Assembly: GCF_001194135.2 (NCBI RefSeq)
Contig: NC_068996.1
Span: 21,321,570-21,377,850, forward strand
Source: Octopus bimaculoides
Lineage: Eukaryota
Direction of reading: 5' to 3'
DNA length: 56,281 bases
Shown here: piece after piece, positions 48,792-56,281 of the stretch
How positions within the stretch are numbered: the stretch's first letter is position 1
Layout: every line of letters begins with the position of its first letter
Notes under the pieces: generated by a model
Told to the model about the DNA's origin: nothing
The model's database searches: none
Seen by the model: the letters and a program-made list of their open reading frames with translations, nothing else
Made by a program: the position numbers and the translations under genes

Positions 48792-50000
48792 TATCAGGTC
48801 ATCCCATAAGTTCTGTCTGAATTTTGAATAAAGAAAACAAGTGATCAAATGTTATATTTAATTGAAATTTAATCATCAATATACTTTCCCTGATTATCTA
48901 TGACTTCCTTCCATCCATTTACAAGCTTTTTAATCCCATCAATGTAAAACTCTTTTGGTTTCAAAGCGAAGATCTCTGAAATGTCAGTTTCGACCTCCTC
49001 CTGGCTTGCGAAAGTTATGTCCCCCAAATGATTCTGTAAACTACGAAACAAATGGTAGTCTGAAAGAGCAAGGTTGGGAGAATAAGTTGGATGAAGAATT
49101 TTTTCCCAACCNNNNNNNNNNNNNNNNNNNNNNNNNNNNNNNNNNNNNNNNNNNNNNNNNNNNNNNNNNNNNNNNNNNNNNNNNNNNNNNNNNNNNNNNN
49201 NNNNNNNNNNNNNNNNNNNNNNNNNNNNNNNNNNNNNNNNNNNNNNNNNNNNNNNNNNNNNNNNNNNNNNNNNNNNNNNNNNNNNNNNNNNNNNNNNNNN
49301 NNNNNNNNNNNNNNNNNNNNNNNNNNNNNNNNNNNNNNNNNNNNNNNNNNNNNNNNNNNNNNNNNNNNNNNNNNNNNNNNNNNNNNNNNNNNNNNNNNNN
49401 NNNNNNNNNNNNNNNNNNNNNNNNNNNNNNNNNNNNNNNNNNNNNNNNNNNNNNNNNNNNNNNNNNNNNNNNNNNNNNNNNNNNNNNNNNNNNNNNNNNN
49501 NNNNNNNNNNNNNNNNNNNNNNNNNNNNNNNNNNNNNNNNNNNNNNNNNNNNNNNNNNNNNNNNNNNNNNNNNNNNNNNNNNNNNNNNNNNNNNNNNNNN
49601 NNNNNNNNNNNNNNNNNNNNNNNNNNNNNNNNNNNNNNCTTCACTTCTGTTCGATCTTCACTTCTGAATTTTGCAAACCATCTTCTGCAAGTTCTTTCAT
49701 TCAAGCATTCTTTCCCATAAACTGAATGTATGTTTCGAGTCGCTTCAGCTGCAGAGTTTCTTTTTTGTACTCATAAAGCATTATGTGCCCTAAATTCTCT
49801 TTGGATACTTCCATGTTAGAAAGGGTTTTAATCAAAGAAATTTTAATTGTATTATTTTGTAAAATGATATTTAATTAGTTTAAATGTACACAAATGCATA
49901 AAAATAATTATTAATTCCATTAGACATTCTAAAATACTATTAAATTTCATTCAATTTTAAGAAAGGTAAAATCGGACAGAACTTATGGCATGACCTGATA
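48792..50000 (-). mobile_element. Mariner element, near full length, gap in the middle
   Basis: 29-bp TIRs tatcaggtcatcccataagttctgtctga / rc tatcaggtcatgccataagttctgtccga; ATG at 49814, MEVSKENLGHIMLYEYKK, frameshift, ..NERTCRRWFAKFRS; HPTYSPNLALSDYHLFRSLQNHL..GKYIDD*. Confidence 0.9.
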
Positions 50001-50310
50001 GAACCAAGAATGATTGCAGTCAGGTCGACATCAAAAAGGTTAATAATTCAATAGACACTATTTTAAAACCTGAAAACCTTAAAATTATATATTCTTATGC
50101 TTTGTGATATCAATCCCATAGAAGATTTATGAAGAACACAAATCTTTCTTTCTCTAAAAAGGGATTTTTTTCACTAACACCAAAGATATATATATGAAAA
50201 AAGAGCATTGCATTGAAGATCAAATGAGCATATGAAATACATTCACTAAGTTACCAAGCCTTGGTTTCTCATTGATAATTAAGTTTTATAGTAAACTAAA
50301 GGATTATATA

Positions 50311-51549
50311 CAGGGTGCGTAAGATATTTGAGGACAGATTTATGTTTAAGATAACTTTATTTATAAAAAAATACTATGAGGATAAAAATAAACCTTTTTT
50401 TCTATAATCTTATTCAATAAAGCCACCTTCAGCTCCAATAACTGCTTCTATATGAGATCTAAATCATCTACATGCTTGAATCAAGTGGTCCTGGTTCATT
50501 TTGGTCATTACTCCGACTATGGCATCTTTCAAAGAATCTTTGGTGTTATGGGCATGTTCATTGACCTCTCTAAACAATGCTCCACATCTAATAGTCCAAT
50601 GAATTGAGATCTGGGGAATTAGGAGGCTAAATGTTAGGGGTTATGTGATTGCGAACATTTTCAGCCATCCATTCCTGTGTTACTAGAGTCATGTGTGATA
50701 GTGCAGAGTCTTACTGAAACACATATGGCCTTCCATTGCATACACTGTCTATCCAGGGCTTAATAATTGTTTCCAGGATCCCAATGTAAGTGGCAGAGTT
50801 AACTCTAAGGCCTGGTGGAAAGAAGTAAGGAGGCATCACAAGTCTTCCATTGCTGACAACCCCTAAAACCATGAGAGTGGCTGGAAATTTTGTATGTATA
50901 ACACTTGGAACTTTAGAAAGATCTGCACATAACCATCTGTCATTTCTTCTGTTAACTTTTTGATTTTGGTCGAAGTTTTTCTTGTTTGAGAAAAACCAAA
51001 TCAAATCTTCTTCTGCTGGATTTTTCAGTTTGTTTAAGAGCCTTTTAGATCTGATGTAGTGATTTTATTTTGCTTTTTCTGACATAAATTGACATTTCCT
51101 CATCATATAAGACTTATATCTAATGTTTTCATGAACAACATTTTTGACTGTTCCTTCTAACGCATGGAGATCTTTTGCAATTGACCTCATGGACTTTCTG
51201 GGATTGTAATCAATGGTCTGTTGAACTTGTTGGATAAATTCAGGTGTTCTGAGGATTTCAGAGTGTTTAGAATGCTTTTTATGCTTTGATACTAGTGATA
51301 TGTTTCTATCTTCAGTTTCTAACTCCTTACGAACTTTGTAGACGAAAGATCTGGCAACTTTTTTAAATCGATATATTTCTAAATCACTATGTTCAACCTT
51401 TATAACGATAATAACAGCATGCCTCTTCATTTCTTGAGTAAGCTGAGGGTCTGTTATTATTATTTTCTGAAACAAAGATTATATACAGTGTTAGCAAAAA
51501 ATGCAGCAATGACCCAAAAAAGGTACATCCTCAAATGCCTTACACCCTG
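50311..51549 (-). mobile_element. maT (DD37D) Tc1/mariner element, full length but degraded
   Basis: TA-flanked TIRs cagggtg..taag..atttgagga; WFFSNKKNF, DSALSH...PPNSPDLNSLDY with exactly 37 residues between the two aspartates; several stops. Confidence 0.9.
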
Positions 51550-51582
51550 TATATATATATACATACATATATNNNNNNNNNN

Positions 51583-51780
51583 TTTCAGTCATTAGACTGT
51601 GGCCATGCTGGGGCACCACCTGGAAGAATTTTAGTTGAACAAATCAGCCCTGGTACTTATTTTTATTTTAAGCCTGGTGCTTATTCTATCTGTCTCTTTT
51701 GCTAAACTGCTAAGTAATGAGGATGTAAGCACACTAACACCAGTCGTCAAGTGGTGGTAGGAAACAAACACAGACACAAA

Positions 51781-51790
<10 letters not shown>
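51583..51790 (-). mobile_element. Family-2 SINE 3' half
   Basis: tttcagtcattagactgtggccatgctgg...gtcaagtggtggtaggaaacaaacac followed by (CA)n and a gap. Confidence 0.75.
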
Positions 51791-51833
<43 letters not shown>

Positions 51834-52794
51834 NNNNNNNNNNNNNNNNNNNNNNNNNNNNNNNNNNNNNNNNNNNNNNNNNNNNNNNNNNNNNNNNNNN
51901 NNNNNNNNNNNNNNNNNNNNNNNNNNNNNNNNNNNNNNNNNNNNNNNNNNNNNNNNNNNNNNNNNNNNNNNNNNNNNNNNNNNNNNNNNNNNNNNNNNNN
52001 NNNNNNNNNNNNNNNNNNNNNNNNNNNNNNNNNNNNNNNNNNNNNNNNNNNNNNNNNNNNNNNNNNNNNNNNNNNNNNNNNNNNNNNNNNNNNNNNNNNN
52101 NNNNNNNNNNNNNNNNNNNNNNNNNNNNNNNNNNNNNNNNNNNNNNNNNNNNNNNNNNNNNNNNNNNNNNNNNNNNNNNNNNNNNNNNNNNNNNNNNNNN
52201 NNNNNNNNNNNNNNNNNNNNNNNNNNNNNNNNNNNNNNNNNNNNNNNNNNNNNNNNNNNNNNNNNNNNNNNNNNNNNNNNNNNNNNNNNNNNNNNNNNNN
52301 NNNNNNNNNNNNNNNNNNNNNNNNNNNNNNNNNNNNNNNNNNNNNNNNNNNNNNNNNNNNNNNNNNNNNNNNNNNNTAAAACACAACCTAACTTCACTGC
52401 ACACACATTATATTGGCAGTCCCTGAACTGTGTTCTGCAGCACACGGGTGTATCATGAGACATAGTTTGCTGCATGTCTCAAAGATAATCATTATAATAA
52501 AAAAAGAAGTATAGGAAAAAATACAAAACTGAAATTATAAATGTAGGAAATATAACTGTAAACATGTCAACTTTAATAATCCCGGAATGGAAGGTTAGGC
52601 AGTACTTCGCGCCATTTCATTCATTTAAGGACAATTAGGTACAATATTGCAATGAAAAATATGAGAATTTTAGTATTTGAATGCAAGGTCTTGAATTTTA
52701 AAAAAAATGTCTTTTTAGAAAACACCAAAGAAATTTATGTAAAAATTTTAGTGATAAGATCACTTTTTCTAATTAAATAATCCTTTCTACTATA

Positions 52795-52992
52795 AGCACA
52801 AGGCCTGAAATTGTAGGGATGGGGTAAGTTGATTAAATGAGCCCCACTACTCAACTGGTACTTATATTATCAACTCCGAAAGGATAAAAAGCAGTCGACC
52901 TTTGTGGAATTTGAACTCAGAACATAAAGATGTACAAAATGCCGCTACGCATTTTGCCTGGCATGCTAATGATTCTGCGCCAGCTTGCTACC
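52795..52992 (-). mobile_element. Family-1 SINE, CpG-decayed copy
   Basis: aaggcctgaaattg...gtcgacctttgtggaatttgaactcag...ccagcttgctacc. Confidence 0.75.
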
Positions 52993-53274
52993 TTTTTAAT
53001 TAAATTAATTATGTTATTTTTGTAACTGACAATAAAAATTTTTAATGTAAAATGTGAAAAATATTCTGTAATATTTATTATGATGTTCTTGTACAAAAAT
53101 AGCATTAATCTTTGCTTAGTGATACTAATCTCACCAATCTTAGAGGAAGCGAGATGGCTAGGGATACAACCCTTCAGTGAGACCAAACTAAAAGGAATAG
53201 ACATTAAAAAAAGAAAAATTAACTGTTACAAATTTTTATATTTCTTTCCATGTATTGTGGTTTCCTTTAATAAT

Positions 53275-54049
53275 GTTATGTTGGCACTCCGTCGCTTACG
53301 ATGTCGAGGGTTCCACTTGATCCGATCAACGGAACAGCCTGCTTGTGAAATTAACGTGCAAGTGGCTGAGCACTCCACAGACACGTGTACCCTTAACGTA
53401 CTTCTCGAGGATATTCAGCGTGGCACAGTGTGACAAGGCTGACCCTTTGAATTGCAGGCACAACAGAAACAGGAAGTAAGAGTGAGAGAAAGTTGTGGTG
53501 AAAGAGTACAGCAGGGTTCGCCACCATCTCTTGCCAGAGCCTCGTGGAGCTTTAGGTGTTTTCGCTTAATAAACACTCACAACCCCCGGTCTGGGAATCG
53601 AAACTGCAATCCTATGACCGCGAGTCTGCTGCCCTAACCACTGGGCCATTGCGCCTCCACNNNNNNNNNNTGGCACTCCGTCGCTTACGATGTCGAGGGT
53701 TCCACTTGATCCGATCAACGGAACAGCCTGCTTGTGAAATTAACGTGCAAGTGGCTGAGCACTCCACAGACACGTGTACCCTTAACGTACTTCTCGAGGA
53801 TATTCAGCGTGGCACAGTGTGACAAGGCTGACCCTTTGAATTGCAGGCACAACAGAAACAGGAAGTAAGAGTGAGAGAAAGTTGTGGTGAAAGAGTACAG
53901 CAGGGTTCGCCACCATCTCTTGCCAGAGCCTCGTGGAGCTTTAGGTGTTTTCGCTTAATAAACACTCACAACCCCCGGTCTGGGAATCGAAACTGCAATC
54001 CTATGACCGCGAGTCTGCTGCCCTAACCACTGGGCCATTGCGCCTCCAC
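53275..54049 (-). mobile_element. Family-3 tRNA-derived SINE, one insertion probably assembled twice (53275-53660 and 53671-54049)
   Basis: A box TGGCCCAGTGG and B box GTTTCGATTCC on the minus strand; copies appear identical across a 10-N gap; one 13-bp TSD ttcctttaataat (53262-53274 / 54050-54062) brackets the pair. Confidence 0.9.
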
Positions 54050-54189
54050 TTCCTTTAATAATACCAAATACAAAAGAAAAAAAGTGCCTTGTGTTGCAGG
54101 TCAAAAGAATATGAAATTATCCTCACATAATTATGTTTTATATTTCATTATAAACTAAAGTATCTCTTTTTTATATATTTCTTCTATTT

Positions 54190-54555
54190 TTTACTTATTT
54201 CAGTCATTGGACTACTCCCATGCTGGAGCACTGCCTTTAAGGGTTTAGCTGAACATGTCGAGCCCAGTGCTTATTTTTTGAAGTCTGCTACTTATCTATC
54301 GGTCTCTTTTGCTGAAATGCTATATTACAGGGATGTAAACAAACCAGCACCAGTCATCAAGCAGTGTGGTGTGAACAAACAACACACACATATACACAAT
54401 ACACATATATGATGGGCTTCCGCTCAGTTTAATCTACTAAATTCACTCATGGCCCAGGGCTATAGTAGAAGACACTTGCCCAGGGTGCCACACAGTGGTA
54501 CTGAACCCAAAATCATGCGGTTGTAAAGGGAGCTTGTTAATCACACAGCCATGCC
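54190..54555 (-). mobile_element. Family-2 SINE, older complete copy with short internal microsatellite
   Basis: Tail, (CA/TA)n and head in the same order as 54645-55270. Confidence 0.75.
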
Positions 54556-54644
54556 TGTGCCAATACTGTTCTTTGATATATTTTTACTTACTTTAAAGTG
54601 AACCACAAGAATAAGAAGTTTGAGTACAGCTAATGTGTCCTGTT

Positions 54645-55270
54645 AATTCTTTTATTCTTTTACTTGTTTCAGTCATTTGACTGTGGTCATGCTGGAGCAC
54701 CACCTTTAGTCGAATCAAATCGACCCAGGACTTATTCTTTGGAAGCCTAGTACTTATTCTATCGGTCTCTTTTTGCCGAACCGCTAGGTTACGGGGACCT
54801 AAACACACCAGCATCGGTTGTCAAGCGATGTTGGGGGGACAAACACAGATACACAACATATACACACAAACACATATATATATATATATATATATACGAC
54901 GGGCTTCTTTCAGTTTCCTTCTACTAAATCCACTCACTAGGCTTTGGTCGGCTNNNNNNNNNNTAGTACTTATTCTATCGGTCTCTTTTTGCCGAACCGC
55001 TAGGTTACGGGGACCTAAACACACCAGCATCGGTTGTCAAGCGATGTTGGGGGGACAAACACAGATACACAACATATACACACAAACACATATATATATA
55101 TATATATATATACGACGGGCTTCTTTCAGTTTCCTTCTACTAAATCCACTCACTAGGCTTTGGTCGGCTTGAGGTTATAGTAGAAGACACTTGCCCAAGG
55201 TGCCACGCAGTGAGACTGAACCCGGAACCATGTGGTTGGTAAGCGAGCTACTTACCACACAGCCACTCCT
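54645..55270 (-). mobile_element. Family-2 SINE, young copy; 54748-54953 duplicated at 54964-55169 across a 10-N gap
   Basis: CpGs intact; head has gggttcagtctc (B-box-like) and caccttgggcaagtg (CORE-like). Confidence 0.85.
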
Positions 55271-56281
55271 GCAAACATCAGCTCATGAACATCATGTTGC
55301 TCAGTTTTTCAAGTTGAATCCTACATGTTGTGTTTTCTTCTCTGAGGATCTGCCTGTGGTCAATGACATACCACATAGTCATGGCAAATAAAGAAATATC
55401 TCAGAGAGATGGGGACTCTGACTGGGACACTGCTTGCAAGATTGCCCAAGAAGACCCTGAGCAAATACTAACAAATGGTGAATGAAACAATGTGCTGCAA
55501 TGATGCACAACCCCATACCTGTCTTGACCTGAGTACAGCTGTTTTACCCAATCAATACCCCCAAATACCAAAAAACACACTCTTACATAATGAACTACTA
55601 CTAATTATATACATTCCATATAATCAGCATCAACACACATGCACACACATGCACACACAGTTCATATTCTATATAACCATCATCCAATATTATAATAGAA
55701 ACCACACAATACATTATCATCATATTTTAATGTCCACTTTTCTATACTTGCATGGGTCAGACAGAATTTGCTGAGGCATATTTTTTATGGCTGGATGTCT
55801 ATCCTGTTGCCAACTCTCATTTGTTTTCAGGCAAAAAAAATAATAATATTATTCCTGGAAACAGATAAGATGCTTGTATGATGGTAAAGATAATTTATAA
55901 TCATCATGCAATGTCATGACAAGAACACACAAACACATGTATACACATACATATACATACATATACATACATGCATACATACACACATACATACATATAC
56001 ATGCATATACACAGACACACATACACACATATACACACATGCATGTATGTGCATGTGAACACACACACACAAACACACACACATATAGGTTGTTTGTTAT
56101 GGCCAGTCAGAAAGTGACCATTGGTTTCGCACCTATAAAGCACTTTATAGCAAAATCAATGGTCATTCTCTGACCAGCCATAAAGCATAACTTTCTAAAT
56201 ATGCTACGGTTCCAATGTGTTAGAGTGTGCTCCTATATATACATACATACATACATACACATATATATATATATATATATA

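Larger units (their letters stand above)
2020..54963. other. Assembly gaps (17 N-runs)
   Basis: 2020-2924, 12645-13280, 13909-13918, 15788-15814, 22654-22694, 23419-23678, 26151-26703, 31601-32360, 33392-33790, 36821-37123, 44248-44316, 46688-46924, 49112-49638, 51573-51582, 51834-52376, 53661-53670, 54954-54963. Confidence 0.98.

Noticed and set aside
53575-53660. tRNA gene
   Set aside because: A and B boxes belong to a SINE head continuing into SINE body, tail and TSD; no complete cloverleaf.
55381-55520. Short ORF MANKEISQRDGDSDWDTACKIAQEDPEQ
   Set aside because: Looks like a decayed LINE C-terminus (W..A..AQDR-type ending), not a host exon.

Overview
Eukaryotic, AT-rich, gapped draft sequence (17 N-runs, most abutting microsatellites). 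The SINE families, (TACA)n/(TA)n microsatellites and RTE LINEs are what I would expect from an octopod cephalopod genome (Octopus sp.); that taxon call is an inference. I cannot support any intact host protein-coding gene, tRNA/rRNA gene or CRISPR array. The window is a dense field of degraded transposons: RTE, RTE-X-like, L1/Tx1 and R4/Dong LINEs, three kinds of Penelope-like (PLE) remnant, Helitron pieces, Tc1/mariner (two mariner-type, one DD37D maT, one Tigger/pogo), hAT and piggyBac-type MITEs, a fold-back MITE, three tRNA-derived SINE families and a 1.4 kb cryptic minisatellite. Most long ORFs in the track are artefacts of N-runs or microsatellites. The most interesting signals are a PLE 5' remnant whose ATG is in frame only if a 47-nt GT-AG intron is removed, four degenerate hammerhead-ribozyme-like motifs, an R4/Dong LINE flanked by (TACA)n on both sides, a modular SINE with exchangeable tails joined at a microsatellite, a probable heterozygous SINE insertion, and a sharp CpG-depletion boundary near 9 kb. 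I found no convincing novel multi-gene system.
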